This document shows positions 10,292 through 19,821 of a stretch of 38,856 nucleotides of DNA, piece after piece. How positions within the stretch are numbered: position 1 is the first letter of the stretch; each line of letters opens with the position of its first letter. The stretch covers positions 1 through 38,856 of the forward strand of contig CAZIVY010000249.1 of the NCBI GenBank assembly GCA_964542505.1, in the 5' to 3' direction. The stretch comes from an uncultured Rhodospirillaceae bacterium (GTDB lineage: Bacteria; Pseudomonadota; Alphaproteobacteria; Ferrovibrionales; Ferrovibrionaceae). The notes beneath the pieces are model-generated. The model worked only from the letters and a program-made list of their open reading frames with translations. It had not been told where the DNA came from and did no database searches. Made by a program: the position numbers and the translations under genes.

Positions 10292-10959
10292 GCAACTGGG
10301 AACGCCTGGTCTGGAACCAACGCGGCCTGCTGATGCAGGGCCTGACGGTGACCATCGAGGTCTGTGTCTTGGCCTTCGTGGTGGCCATCGCCGGCGGGCT
10401 GATCTTGTGCCTGATCCGCATGTATGTGCGGCCCTTGCGTCCGCTGGCCATCCTGCTCATCGAGTTCTTCCGCGCCACGCCGATTTTCGTGCAATTGATG
10501 TGGGTCACCTATGTGTGGCCGGAACTGTTCGGCTGGCCGAACAGTTATTTCACCGCCGGCTGGGTGGGGCTCGGCCTGCAATCGGCCGGCTATCTGGCGG
10601 AGACATTCCGCGCCGGCATCGAGGGCATACCGCGCGCCCACCGCGAGGCCGGCTATTCCGTCGGCATGTCGCCGTTGCTGGTGTTCGGCCGCATCGTCAT
10701 GCCGCAGACGCTGCTCACCGTCTCGCCGTCCATCGTCAACCAATTCACGGTGATCGTGAAATCCTCGACGCTGGTATCGGTCATCACCGTGCCGGACCTG
10801 ATGTCCCAGGCCATGAAGCTGGTGAACGTCTGGTACGAGCCCATCGAAATCCTGACGGCGGTGGCGGGGCTCTATATCGCCCTGGTGTTCCTGGTGTCGA
10901 TGGCGGGGAAGATGCTGGCGGACGCGTTGCGCCGCCGCTACGGCCTGGCCGCGGCCTGA
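10288..10959 (+). CDS. amino-acid ABC transporter permease (second subunit)
   Basis: The track ORF 10027-10959 has an implausible Arg-rich N-terminal extension. The in-frame ATG at 10288 (MSNWERL...) overlaps the upstream stop (ATGA). EAA-loop-like ETFRAGIEGIPRAHREAGYSVGM. Confidence 0.85.
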   Translation: MSNWERLVWNQRGLLMQGLTVTIEVCVLAFVVAIAGGLILCLIRMYVRPLRPLAILLIEFFRATPIFVQLMWVTYVWPELFGWPNSYFTAGWVGLGLQSAGYLAETFRAGIEGIPRAHREAGYSVGMSPLLVFGRIVMPQTLLTVSPSIVNQFTVIVKSSTLVSVITVPDLMSQAMKLVNVWYEPIEILTAVAGLYIALVFLVSMAGKMLADALRRRYGLAAA

Positions 10960-10989
10960 AGTGGCAATTCGCTTCCAACCGTGACCCCC

Positions 10990-11555
10990 TTTTCGCGTCC
11001 AATCGCGACACCTTTGACAAGGTCCAGACCATCCTCGCCACCAACGGCCAAGTGCGCGTCGCCGCCACCCGCAACGGCGTCCCGGCGCTGCTGAGGGGGC
11101 TGATTTTCACCACAACCGACCGGGCGATGGCGCCGCACCATACGAAGAAGCGCAGCCGGCTTTATCGCTACTACGTGTCGACCGATGCGATTCGCGGCCG
11201 CGCGGCGGCAGCGACGGCCGATGTCCCCTTGCGCCTTTCCGCCGGCATGGTGGAAACCGCCGTCATCCGCGAACTCCGCCGCCTAGTCCGCGCGCCCGAG
11301 ATCGTCGCCCAGGCGGTGGCCCACGTCCGGCGGGAAGGCCCCGGCATCGACGAGTGCGCCGTGATCGACGCCATCCGGCGCTTCGATGAACTCTGGCCGG
11401 CGCTGTTCCCGGCCGAGCAGGCGCGTATCGTCCGGCTCCTCGTCGACCGCGTCACGGCGACGGCGGAGGGTCTCGCCGTCGATTTGCGCGCGGGTGGCCT
11501 CGACGCCCTCGTCCACGAACTACTGACGCCGGAACCAAAGGATGCCGCCGCATGA
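10990..11555 (+). pseudogene. large serine recombinase, C-terminal remnant (catalytic N-terminal domain absent)
   Basis: The reading frame of track ORF 10407-11555 after the permease stop reads ...NRDTFDKVQTILATNG...ALLRGLIFTT...RLYRYYVSTDA...VETAVIRELRRL. This matches the recombinase/zinc-ribbon region of large serine recombinases, but the usual Cys residues are replaced and there is no resolvase domain upstream. Confidence 0.5.
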
Positions 11556-11938
11556 GTAGCGGACCCGACACCATCCGCATCGTGATCCCGCTCGCCATCC
11601 ACCGCCGCAACGGGCGTGCGCACATCCTGCCGCCGGCGGAACACGAACAAGCCGTAGAGATGCGATCCGATCCGCGCATGCTTCGCGCCATCGCGCAGGC
11701 CTGGTCCTGGCGGCGCAAGCTCGGGCGCGGCGATGCCGCGACGCTGCGCGACATCGCGCAGGCCGAAAACATCTCGGACAGGTTCGTGAGCCGCCTGCTG
11801 CGTCTCGCCTATCTCTCGCCGGAGGTGTTGGAACAACTCCTCATTCACCGCCGCCCCTCGGCCCTGTCGATCAACGCCCTCGCTTCCGCCGCGGCAGCGC
11901 CGTGGGCCGTGCAACCGGGCGTGGTCTTCGAAGAGTGA
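11552..11938 (+). CDS. recombinase-associated HTH protein (C-terminal module often fused to, or following, serine recombinases)
   Basis: 128-aa ORF overlapping the previous frame. The segment LRDIAQAENISDRFVSRLLRLAYLSPEVLEQLL matches a pattern I recognise from the C-terminal regions of these recombinases. Confidence 0.4.
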   Translation: MSSGPDTIRIVIPLAIHRRNGRAHILPPAEHEQAVEMRSDPRMLRAIAQAWSWRRKLGRGDAATLRDIAQAENISDRFVSRLLRLAYLSPEVLEQLLIHRRPSALSINALASAAAAPWAVQPGVVFEE

Positions 11939-12246
11939 TCGCCGCACCGCTTCGCTCCTTTGCGCAGCCGGGTCACAACCAACCGCCGGTCCGAAACCCG
12001 ACGCCGTGCGAAAGGGATGTGCGAAAGGTTCGGATGGCGGGATGTTGCAACTTGCTGAAAACAGGGAATGTTTTTCGACCTAACCTTTCGGGGGCAGGTT
12101 CGGGCGGAAAGAGACGGAGGGGCTTTGGAGACCGATTTCGGGCGCTGTCCGTGTCTCCGAGGTTCGGACGACTCCGGCAAACCTCTTTGAACGTAAAAGA
12201 AATTCCGCCGCTGGCGGGGACCGGAATCGGGTTCATTGAGGAGTAG

Positions 12247-12395
12247 TGGCGGAGGGAGAGGAGTGCGACCAGAAACCTTCTCCGTTTTCTGCGCACCGTG
12301 ACGGAGAAGGTTGCAAGGATCGAGTTCGAATGCCGAACGGGATTTCGAACCCCAATCGGCCTCTCTGGTGCTGAGGTGCCCCCAACCGGACACGC
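12247..12395 (-). other. tRNA-like debris plus a 10-bp hairpin; no intact tRNA
   Basis: On the minus strand, 12247-12261 reads ...CCTCTCCCTCCGCCA (tRNA-Ser-like 3' end). 12331-12395 reads GCGTGTCCGGTTGGGGGCAC...TGGGGTTCGAAATCCCGTTCGGCA (class II tRNA-like D-arm, T-arm and Leu-like acceptor 3' strand), but no matching 5' acceptor or proper anticodon loop exists. There is a perfect 10-bp stem at 12276-12285 / 12301-12310. Confidence 0.3.
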
Positions 12396-12467
12396 TGCGG
12401 AGCAATCCAAAGTGTGAAGCTCTGGGGACAATGTCAGCGGACCTGCCAGCCTCAAAGCGGGCCGAGG

Positions 12468-12761
12468 CTAGCCGACGATGATCCCGCGGCCCATGAGTTC
12501 ATCCCGCAGTTCTTCCAAGCTCAGGTCGGGCTCGGCCGCGATCCGCCCCATGAGCCAGGTCCGCTCTTCCGCCAGCCGGGAGCGGCGGTTGCCGCCCATC
12601 GGCTTCGCCGCCGCGCTCCCCGTCTCCCGGAGCCGGCGCACCCACTCGATGACCGTGCGGATGCCCAGGTCGAACAACGCCGCCGCCTGCCGCCGCGACA
12701 ATCCCCCTTCCACCGCCGCCACCACGCGTTCGCGCAAATCTTGCGAATAGGGTTTCGCCAT
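12468..12761 (-). pseudogene. IS630-family transposase, N-terminal 97-aa fragment (truncated)
   Basis: The sequence MAKPYSQDLRERVVAAVEGGLSRRQAAALFDLGIRTVIEWVRRLRETGSAAAKPMGGNRRSRL...EPDLSLEELRDEL is the typical N-terminus of one IS630 subgroup. The ORF stops after 97 aa with no DDE domain downstream. Confidence 0.7.
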
Positions 12762-12924
12762 TCATGCTGGCCTCCTTCACCAGTAGCCAGCTTGAATCAC
12801 GCTTCGCCCCGTTTGGGAATCCTAAATCCGATTCCGTCTGATCGGATTTCGCTCCAGGTCCAGACTGATTGAGATAATCAGCGTGGAAAGGAGACCAATA
12901 GGATGGCGAAGAGGCGGTTCAGAA

Positions 12925-13043
12925 CTGAACAGGGTCAGGAACTCGCCGGCGTCAATCTCGAGCTCCGTCTTCAGCAGCGCGCACACCTCGCCGAAGGAGC
13001 GCGACACGCCGGCGAAGCGAATCGCCTCGCCGCGAGCGCTCAC
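12925..13043 (-). pseudogene. ABC transporter ATPase, about 40-aa N-terminal stub
   Basis: Track ORF 12822-13043 begins MSARGEAIRFAGVSRSFGEVCALLKTELEIDAGEFLTL, which is the beta-strand region just before Walker A. It then diverges, and no GPSGxGKT follows. Confidence 0.5.
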
Positions 13044-13186
13044 CGACCTAGGCCCCTCGCTTGCAGGCGCCGCCCGACGGCAAACCTGAATGAGCCGAAC
13101 AGCACTACGGTCAGCACGACCAAGAGCGTGGAGACGAACGCTGCGGGCAGTTCACTGATCGGTCACGGCATTTGGCCGCACCGCTT

Positions 13187-14245
13187 CTAGCCGGGCGCGG
13201 ACGACCTCGTGGCCAGGGGCAACTTACGGACCACGCAATGATCCGGATCCTTCGCCTGGCGCAGCAGCGCCGGGACGATCTCGCGATACGCTTCCCACAG
13301 CCCGCCATACGGTTTGGGCGTATCGGCCTTCATCTCTTTGTGCAGCGCCGGCAGGGCATGGTAGGGAACCATAGGGTACATGTGATGTTCGATATGATAG
13401 TTCATGTTCCAGTAGAGGAATCGCACGATCGGGTTCATGTAGACAGTGCGAGTATTGAGCCGATGGTCGAGCACGTCCTCGGCGAGGCCCGCGTGCTGGG
13501 TCAGGCTGGTGGCGCGAAAGAGCCAGGCGCCATAGAACGAGGGCAACCCCACATACATCAGTGGCAGGATGCTGCCGATCATGATCGCCCAGGCAATCAC
13601 GCCGAGGTAGATGGCGACATGAAGCCGTGCCGTCCAGAAGATCTTCCGGTGGTCGGCGGCGCGAACGAATGTCGCTACCTCGGGGTCGATCCGGCCGAGC
13701 GCGTGAGCGGCCAGCTTCCTGAAATAGTCCCTGGCATGCGTAATGCCGACGAAACCGAGCAGAATGCGCGATATCGAGACTGGTCGCGGCGCGGTGATCT
13801 CGGGATCGCGCCCGACGATGATCGTGTCGACATGGTGCCGGGCATGGCTCTCGCGCCACACCGTCGGATCGCGGAGCATCATGAACGAAGCGGCCCAGTA
13901 GACCGCGTCGTTCATCCACCTTGTCTTGAACGCCGTTCTGTGGCCGCATTCGTGCCAGCGCGAGTCAGACGACGAGCCGTAAAGAACACCGTACGCGGCG
14001 AAAAAGGGCACGGCCCACCATGTTCCCCAGGTGAGATAGCCCCCGGCGCCGGTAACGACGAAGGCCGCGATCCATACGGCGGTGTCGCGGATGGCGGGCC
14101 CGTCGGAGCGCGTCATCAACTCCTTCAGCCGGGCCCGCGGAACGGGGCAGCGGTACCATTTCGCCGAGGCGAGGCCCTTCGCGACCGCCGACCTGCCGTC
14201 CAGTCCGGTCAAGCTATAGTCCCTAGGTGCAACTTCCGCCGTCAT
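13187..14245 (-). CDS. membrane fatty-acid desaturase family protein
   Basis: His boxes HECGH, HARHH and HIEHH are present, together with hydrophobic segments. The track ORF extends to 14887 across the neighbouring dctM gene. The in-frame ATG at 14245 is preceded by GGAGGG 9 nt upstream (MTAEVAPRDY...). Confidence 0.82.
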   Translation of the reverse strand: MTAEVAPRDYSLTGLDGRSAVAKGLASAKWYRCPVPRARLKELMTRSDGPAIRDTAVWIAAFVVTGAGGYLTWGTWWAVPFFAAYGVLYGSSSDSRWHECGHRTAFKTRWMNDAVYWAASFMMLRDPTVWRESHARHHVDTIIVGRDPEITAPRPVSISRILLGFVGITHARDYFRKLAAHALGRIDPEVATFVRAADHRKIFWTARLHVAIYLGVIAWAIMIGSILPLMYVGLPSFYGAWLFRATSLTQHAGLAEDVLDHRLNTRTVYMNPIVRFLYWNMNYHIEHHMYPMVPYHALPALHKEMKADTPKPYGGLWEAYREIVPALLRQAKDPDHCVVRKLPLATRSSAPG

Positions 14246-14280
14246 CGAACCGTTCCCTCCTTCGACGATTGGCGTTGCGG

Positions 14281-15597
14281 TCAGTTCCCAACCAGGCGCC
14301 CGGGGAGATAGGTAATGATCTCCGGAAAAATCACGCAGGCGATCAGCCCCAGGATCTGCAGGATCAAGAACGCCGGAACCGACCGATAGATATCCGCCAT
14401 GGTGATTCCCGGCGGAACGATCGCCCTCATGTAGAAGAGATTCATGCCGAAGGGCGGCGTCAGGTACGCCGTTTCCATGGCCACCACGAACAGGACGCCG
14501 AACCACAATGAATCGAAACCCAGCGAGCGGATCACCGGATCGAAGATCGGAACCGTCAGCAGGATAATCCCCGAAACGTCCATGAAGCAGCCGAGTACGA
14601 TCAGGATCGCCAGGATGCCGGACAGAATCACCCAGCGATTTACGCCGAGTTCGTTGACGAGTTCGACGACGAACTGCGGTCCGCCGATTGCCGCATAGAC
14701 GTTGGTGAGCCATGTAGCCGTCACGATGATCCACAGGATCATCGCTGTCATCCTGAGGGTCTCGGTACAGCTCTCCCAAATCAGCGAGAGGCTGAGCCTT
14801 CGATGAACGGCCGCGCTTATCATGGCGCTGGCGGCGCCGATGGCCGAAGCCTCGGTCGGGGTCGCGAGCCCACTGAACATCGCCCAAAAAATTGCGACGA
14901 TGATAAGCGCCGGAAGAATGATCGACTTTAGCTTTATCAACACTGCCGCCGGCGGCACACGCTCCTCGCGCGGAATCGGCGGGCCCAGTTTCGGATTCAG
15001 TTGGGTCGCAACCAATATGTAGACAATGAACAGCGTGGACAACAGCAGTCCGGGCAGTATTGCCCCCGCAAACAGGCCGGCTACCGAGACCTTCGAGATC
15101 ACGGCGTAGACGATGAGAGGCACGCTCGGAGGAATCAGCACTCCCAGCGCCCCGCCAGCCATGATGCAGCCCATCGTGATGCTCTTGTCGTAGCCGCGGT
15201 TGAGCATCGACGGCAGCGCGATCAGCCCCATGCTCACGGTCGCCGCCGCGCTTACGCCGGACATGGCGGCGAATATGGTGCAGATGACGACCGACCCGAC
15301 CCCCAGCCCCCCTTTCAGACGTCCGAACGAGTGATACATGAATTCATACAGGTCGTCGGCGATGCCGCTCCTCTGCAGAAAGTTCGCCATCAGAACAAAC
15401 AACGGGATCGCCAGGAGAAGCGTGCTTTGCATCACCCCCATGGTGCTGGTGGCCACCAGGTTGAGGCTGTCCGGACCCCAAAGGAAGAAGGCGACGGCAA
15501 GAGAGCTGAACCCCATCGCCAGAGCGATGGGCGCGCCCGAGAATATCGCCAGCGTCATGACGCCGAAGAGTAGTGCGGTGGCGAAGCCTGTGCTCAC
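14281..15597 (-). CDS. dctM: TRAP transporter large permease
   Basis: 438-aa polytopic ORF with DctM-like sequence. Its start overlaps the stop of the small permease gene. Confidence 0.9.
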   Translation of the reverse strand: MSTGFATALLFGVMTLAIFSGAPIALAMGFSSLAVAFFLWGPDSLNLVATSTMGVMQSTLLLAIPLFVLMANFLQRSGIADDLYEFMYHSFGRLKGGLGVGSVVICTIFAAMSGVSAAATVSMGLIALPSMLNRGYDKSITMGCIMAGGALGVLIPPSVPLIVYAVISKVSVAGLFAGAILPGLLLSTLFIVYILVATQLNPKLGPPIPREERVPPAAVLIKLKSIILPALIIVAIFWAMFSGLATPTEASAIGAASAMISAAVHRRLSLSLIWESCTETLRMTAMILWIIVTATWLTNVYAAIGGPQFVVELVNELGVNRWVILSGILAILIVLGCFMDVSGIILLTVPIFDPVIRSLGFDSLWFGVLFVVAMETAYLTPPFGMNLFYMRAIVPPGITMADIYRSVPAFLILQILGLIACVIFPEIITYLPGRLVGN

Positions 15598-16100
15598 TTC
15601 AGGTCCTCTCCGGTGACGGCAAGGTGGACGTCACGCAGGAGCTTGCCCACCGCCTGAAGTAGGAAGATGGACGCGGCAAAGGGAATTACGCCGCGGAGCG
15701 GATACAACGGCGGAGAGAACGCGGAATCGGAGTGCTCAAGAAAGCGGAGTGAATTCAGAAAAATCGACAGGCCGTACCAGATCATCGCGCCAAGAACGCT
15801 CGCGGTGACCACGAAAAGCAGGATGTCGACAACGGCTCTCGCTCGTGGCTTGAGGCGCCCATGGACCACGTCGACGTTGACCATCGCGCCGCACCAGTAG
15901 CAATAGGCCCCCCCCAGCATGAACTGGGCGCCGAACAAGTACGTGCTCATCTCATGCGCCCAGATTGTCGGCGAATTGAAGATGTATCTCGCCACCATCT
16001 CGTAGATCAGGATGCCCATATAGACCAAAACGAGTGGGGCAACGACCAACCCGCTCCACTTGCTTATCCCGTCTATGAGCCGCACGGTCGATGCGAGCAT
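15594..16100 (-). CDS. dctQ: TRAP transporter small permease
   Basis: 168-aa ORF with four hydrophobic segments, immediately upstream of and overlapping dctM. Confidence 0.8.
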   Translation of the reverse strand: MLASTVRLIDGISKWSGLVVAPLVLVYMGILIYEMVARYIFNSPTIWAHEMSTYLFGAQFMLGGAYCYWCGAMVNVDVVHGRLKPRARAVVDILLFVVTASVLGAMIWYGLSIFLNSLRFLEHSDSAFSPPLYPLRGVIPFAASIFLLQAVGKLLRDVHLAVTGEDLK

Positions 16101-16234
16101 CGGCGAGCCTCCTTCTCAAGAATCGTGGGGGCCACACCCGGAAGATGCGCCGATGTCAGGCGGGCGCCGCGATCGACCGGTCCGCGGGGCGCCACGTTCG
16201 TGGAAGCCGGCGTCCGGCCGCGATGACGCGCCGG

Positions 16235-17017
16235 CTACTTGAAGTACTGGCCACCGTTGACCTCGATCACTTGCCCGTGGATATAGCCGGCGAGTCTGCC
16301 CGAAGCCAGAAACAGGTAGAGGCCCACACAGTCGTCGGCGGTGCCGAGGCGCCGCATCGGAATCATGTTGCGGATGGCTTCGAGCCGATCGGGCGGCGTG
16401 CTCGCGTGGAATGCGGTTTGAATGACACCCGGCGAAACGCAGTTCACCCGGATCCCTTCGGGACCAAGCTCGAGGGCCAGGTTGCGCGTCCAAGCATGAA
16501 TGAAGCCCTTGGCCCCGGCGTAGAGACCGATGCCGATGCCCCCGCCGTTATGGCCCGCGACCGAGCCCGTGTTGATGATGCACCCTTTGCTCTTGCGCAG
16601 TTGGGGCAGCGCCAGGCGGCATGCCAGGACGACCGGCCGGATGTTGATGCCGGTCACATTGTCGTACATGTCCTCGTCGAGCTTCTCGAGCGGCGCGCGC
16701 TGATAGAGGCTTCCGGCGTTGTTGATCAGCACGTCAAGGCCGCCGAAGGCGTCCACCGCCTTGTCGATCATCCGCGCGACCGCATTGCCTTTCATGACGT
16801 CGCCAAGGGCGACGACCGCCTCGCCGCCGGACCTCCGGATATCCGCAGCGACTTCCTCGGCGCGGTCGGAGTGGGTGTTGCCGTGGACGATAACCCGGGC
16901 GCCGACGCGGCCGAAGCCCTTGGCGACCGCGGCGCCAATGCCCGTGGACGATCCGGTGATCAGCACCGACTTGCCCTTCAGGTCATCGAACATGCGTCCT
17001 CCCGTGGCTTTTTCCAT
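16235..17017 (-). CDS. SDR-family oxidoreductase
   Basis: 260-aa ORF with the cofactor motif TGSSTGIG, NNAG, and the catalytic Y-x3-K (YAGAKGF). Confidence 0.9.
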   Translation of the reverse strand: MEKATGGRMFDDLKGKSVLITGSSTGIGAAVAKGFGRVGARVIVHGNTHSDRAEEVAADIRRSGGEAVVALGDVMKGNAVARMIDKAVDAFGGLDVLINNAGSLYQRAPLEKLDEDMYDNVTGINIRPVVLACRLALPQLRKSKGCIINTGSVAGHNGGGIGIGLYAGAKGFIHAWTRNLALELGPEGIRVNCVSPGVIQTAFHASTPPDRLEAIRNMIPMRRLGTADDCVGLYLFLASGRLAGYIHGQVIEVNGGQYFK

Positions 17018-17176
17018 TCTTGTGCCGAATCGGGCGCCCGGTTCGAATGCAACTGGCCGGGCGCCGGGTCTGTCGCCGCGCTTAGGAAGCGAACCGGTCG
17101 CCGCCCGGCGGGCTTCATTTTCGCGTCGACCTCGCCCAACTTCTGCGATCTCCCGCCGCCCGGCCGCGCCAGCGCC

Positions 17177-17494
17177 TCATTTCCAAGCGTCGTCCGTGGG
17201 CCAGATATTGACGCTGCCCGGCGCGGCGCCTTTCGGGCCATCCACGCGCAACTTCTGGACCGTCTCCCGCCACTTGATCACGTGAGGCGTAAGGAGATGG
17301 GACTTGAACGCGACCTCGTCGGTGAAAACTTCGTAGACCCAGAATCGGTCCCTGTCGCCGACGTCCTGGATGACGTCGAAACGTACGCAACCAGGTTCCT
17401 TGGCCAGCGACGTCCGCGCGTCTTCAACGGTCGCGGCGATGAATTCGTCGCCATGACCGACCTTGATCTGGATCGGCGCGAGAATGATGTACAT
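17177..17494 (-). CDS. antibiotic-biosynthesis-monooxygenase (ABM/YgiN-like) domain protein
   Basis: About 105 aa. It shows the ferredoxin-like ABM pattern (...EPGCVRFDVIQDVGDRDRFWVYEVFTDEVAFKSH). The ATG at 17494 with GGAGA 5 nt upstream is preferred over the TTG at 17506. Confidence 0.65.
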   Translation of the reverse strand: MYIILAPIQIKVGHGDEFIAATVEDARTSLAKEPGCVRFDVIQDVGDRDRFWVYEVFTDEVAFKSHLLTPHVIKWRETVQKLRVDGPKGAAPGSVNIWPTDDAWK

Positions 17495-17527
17495 GGGGTT
17501 CTCCAAGAGAGGGGCGATGGTTGCTCG

Positions 17528-18598
17528 TCACCGGACGTCGTCGAGGATCACTTCGCGTTTTTCCTTTGCGGAGAGTTCGACCGCCCGGCAGAACTGGAAC
17601 ACCTTCTTCCCTTCCTCGCCGGTCATCGACGGTTGGCGCTCCTCGCGTATCGCCGTGGCGAAGTCGTGGGTTCCGGCGAGGAAGCTCGCCACCCAGTCGG
17701 TGTCCATGTCCGAATACTCGGTGGTCACACCGTCGCGATACATGACGACCGGCGGGCGATCCAACAGCGCCGAAGTGCAGCGATTGACCCAGATCAGCCC
17801 TCGACTGCCGGTAATCTCAAACCACTCGTCCTCGGGCACGTATTTTCCCTGAACGAGGAGATCGTCGGACGTCACCATGTCGAAGGATCCGTACTTCTCG
17901 GCGTTCTTGTATTTCCAGATCACCATCATCGGACTGTCCAATAGCCAGTCGTATTGAATGCGCCGGTACGTAATCCAAGAAAAAATCTTCTCGACGTCGC
18001 CCAATAGCCAGATGGCGATCGAGAACATGTGGTAGCCATAATCGAGGGCGATTCGGCCGCCGCCGCCCCGCTTCGGATCGAATCGCCACGACCACCGGTC
18101 ATAGGGAATTTTCCAATCCTTCCCCATGTTTCCCTGGAACGCCTTCATCCGCAGGGACAGCGGCTCGCCGATGGCGCCCGAATCGAGGAGCGCTTTCGCC
18201 CGAAGTAGAGGTGGATAGTAGCGAAAGTTCTCGAATACCCGGAAAATCCGGCCGGAGCGGTGAGCGGCAGCGATCAGGGCATCGCACTCCTCGACGCTGA
18301 TCGCCATCGGCTTCTGCATGGACAGGTGCTTTCCGGCGTCCAGGGCGGCGATGCCGATCGGCGCATGCAAGTGATGCGGCGTTATCACTTCCACCGCTTC
18401 GACGCTCGGGTCGGCTAGCAGTTCGTTGTAGTTCGCGTACGCCTTCTTGGCGCTCCACTCCCCCATGCGTTGTTGCAGGGTCTTTTCATTGACGTCGCAC
18501 AACGCATAAAGTTCCGCGTTCGGACTTTCCTTGTATCCGCGCGCGTGCAGCCTGGCGACATTGCCGACACCAATGAGACCGATTCGCACCTTTTCCAT
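17528..18598 (-). CDS. Gfo/Idh/MocA-family NAD(P)-dependent oxidoreductase
   Basis: 356-aa ORF. N-terminal Rossmann motif IRIGLIGVGNVA and the family-typical EKPMA-like motif (MQKPMA). Confidence 0.85.
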   Translation of the reverse strand: MEKVRIGLIGVGNVARLHARGYKESPNAELYALCDVNEKTLQQRMGEWSAKKAYANYNELLADPSVEAVEVITPHHLHAPIGIAALDAGKHLSMQKPMAISVEECDALIAAAHRSGRIFRVFENFRYYPPLLRAKALLDSGAIGEPLSLRMKAFQGNMGKDWKIPYDRWSWRFDPKRGGGGRIALDYGYHMFSIAIWLLGDVEKIFSWITYRRIQYDWLLDSPMMVIWKYKNAEKYGSFDMVTSDDLLVQGKYVPEDEWFEITGSRGLIWVNRCTSALLDRPPVVMYRDGVTTEYSDMDTDWVASFLAGTHDFATAIREERQPSMTGEEGKKVFQFCRAVELSAKEKREVILDDVR

Positions 18599-18787
18599 GG
18601 CCGCTGCCCCCCGAACTAGCGCACACTCTCAGACGGAAGGTGCGCCATGGGGCTGGGCAAACGACAGCCCCGCGCCCTGATTGGGTGAATCTCTGGTTCG
18701 CATCTGAGCCCAGCAGCCGCGCATTTGTTCGCTATTGATCCCCCCTGCATTGCAACGCGCATAGCCTGATGCGCCTGCAGGCACCGA

Positions 18788-18806
18788 TTGTTATTTTATA
18801 TGACAA
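18788..18806. promoter_or_regulatory. candidate GntR-type operator (near-palindrome TTGTTAT-N5-ATGACAA)
   Basis: An AT-rich near-palindrome in an otherwise GC-rich 480-bp intergenic region upstream of the Gfo/Idh/MocA operon. It shares TGTTATTTT with the gntR / ThDP-gene intergenic region (minus strand, 19849-19857). Confidence 0.3.
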
Positions 18807-19080
18807 ACCTGTTCTACCGGTCAAGAAGCGATGGTTTTTCTTTCAACGCGTCCGAGACTCGCGGACGAGCGCGGCGGATTGATCGCCGTGATCGACGCCG
18901 CCGGTTACCGAGGGACGTGCTTCCGTCAAGGTCGCCGGGCGCCGCTGCAGGGCGAGGGTTGGCGATTTGCGCCGAATGCCGGCTGGGAATTGGCGGGTTT
19001 CCTGCCGCGGGAAATTACCCGGTGCGATCCTCGCCTGCCCGCGCCCTAGCGGTATCGACCGCGGCCGCGCCCCAAGAGAG

Positions 19081-19821
19081 TTACTTGGCGTCAAACCACT
19101 TCAGGAGAACAGCCCCGAAGCACGCTATGTCTTCGACGACGCCCGCCCTCGCCATTCCGCCGTCTTTCCATTTCAGGCCGTCGAGAGTGACGACATGCGG
19201 ATGTCGCGGCCATTTCGGCAGTTCCTGCGCATAGATATAGTTGAGGAACGGTCCGCATTGCAGCCATAGGCTTTCCACCACCCGAAACAGGACCGGCATT
19301 CGCGCCAGCCGGCAAAGAGTGAAGTGAAATTCCTCATTGTATTTGAGCGCGGCGGTGACGTCCTTTCGGGCCTCGGCCTCGATCATCCGCGCGTGGACGC
19401 GCTCGAGCGCCGCTATGTCTTGTGGCGTGGCGATTTCAGCCGCCCTGACGGCCGCTCGTCCCTCGAGTTCAATCCTGAGGTCCCGAATCTCGGTGAAAAT
19501 ATGCCGGTCAATCAACGGAACCCGCGCCCGACCACGCTTGTCGAGTTCGAGCGCCTGCTCCGACACAAGCCGAAGCAGCGCTTCACGAACCGGAGTCGGG
19601 CTGATACCGAGCTTTGCCGACAGCGGGCGCAGGACCAAGGCCTCGCCGGGCTTCAGACGACCCTGCATCAGCGCCCTGCGAATCTCGTCGTAGGCGAGGT
19701 CGCTCAGACTGTCCTTTGAAATCCGACCGAACGGTATCTCCTCGGCACCGTGCTCGACCGTCGCGACGGCCGATCCCGCCACCGTATCCCAATCGACCTG
19801 GCGCATTGACCTTGACTTCAC
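19081..19821 (-). CDS. GntR-family transcriptional regulator (FadR/FCD subfamily)
   Basis: 246-aa ORF with the N-terminal wHTH pattern (AYDEIRRALMQGRLKPGEALVLRPLSAKLGISPTPVREALLRL) and an all-helical FCD-like C-terminus. GTG start at 19821; alternative ATG at 19806. Confidence 0.85.
   Translation of the reverse strand: MKSRSMRQVDWDTVAGSAVATVEHGAEEIPFGRISKDSLSDLAYDEIRRALMQGRLKPGEALVLRPLSAKLGISPTPVREALLRLVSEQALELDKRGRARVPLIDRHIFTEIRDLRIELEGRAAVRAAEIATPQDIAALERVHARMIEAEARKDVTAALKYNEEFHFTLCRLARMPVLFRVVESLWLQCGPFLNYIYAQELPKWPRHPHVVTLDGLKWKDGGMARAGVVEDIACFGAVLLKWFDAK

Noticed and set aside
11940-12460. Possible two-piece alphaproteobacterial tmRNA or an intact tRNA (Ser/Leu/Sec) in the gene-free stretch.
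   Set aside because: No ANDN-type tag reading frame appears on either strand. There is no alanine-type acceptor (GGGGC...CCACCA). No 5'/3' acceptor pairing could be built, and the anticodon loop is malformed. It is kept only as tRNA-like debris.
12822-13043. 73-aa ORF as a real small gene.
   Set aside because: Only the first 40 aa or so resemble an ABC ATPase N-terminus, stopping just before Walker A. The rest is translated repeat or intergenic sequence. It is treated as a pseudogene stub.
14246-14887. N-terminal 214-aa extension of the desaturase ORF (track 13187-14887).
   Set aside because: The extension overlaps the dctM coding region in another frame, is Arg/Asp-rich with no motif, and an internal ATG with a good GGAGGG SD starts the recognisable desaturase.
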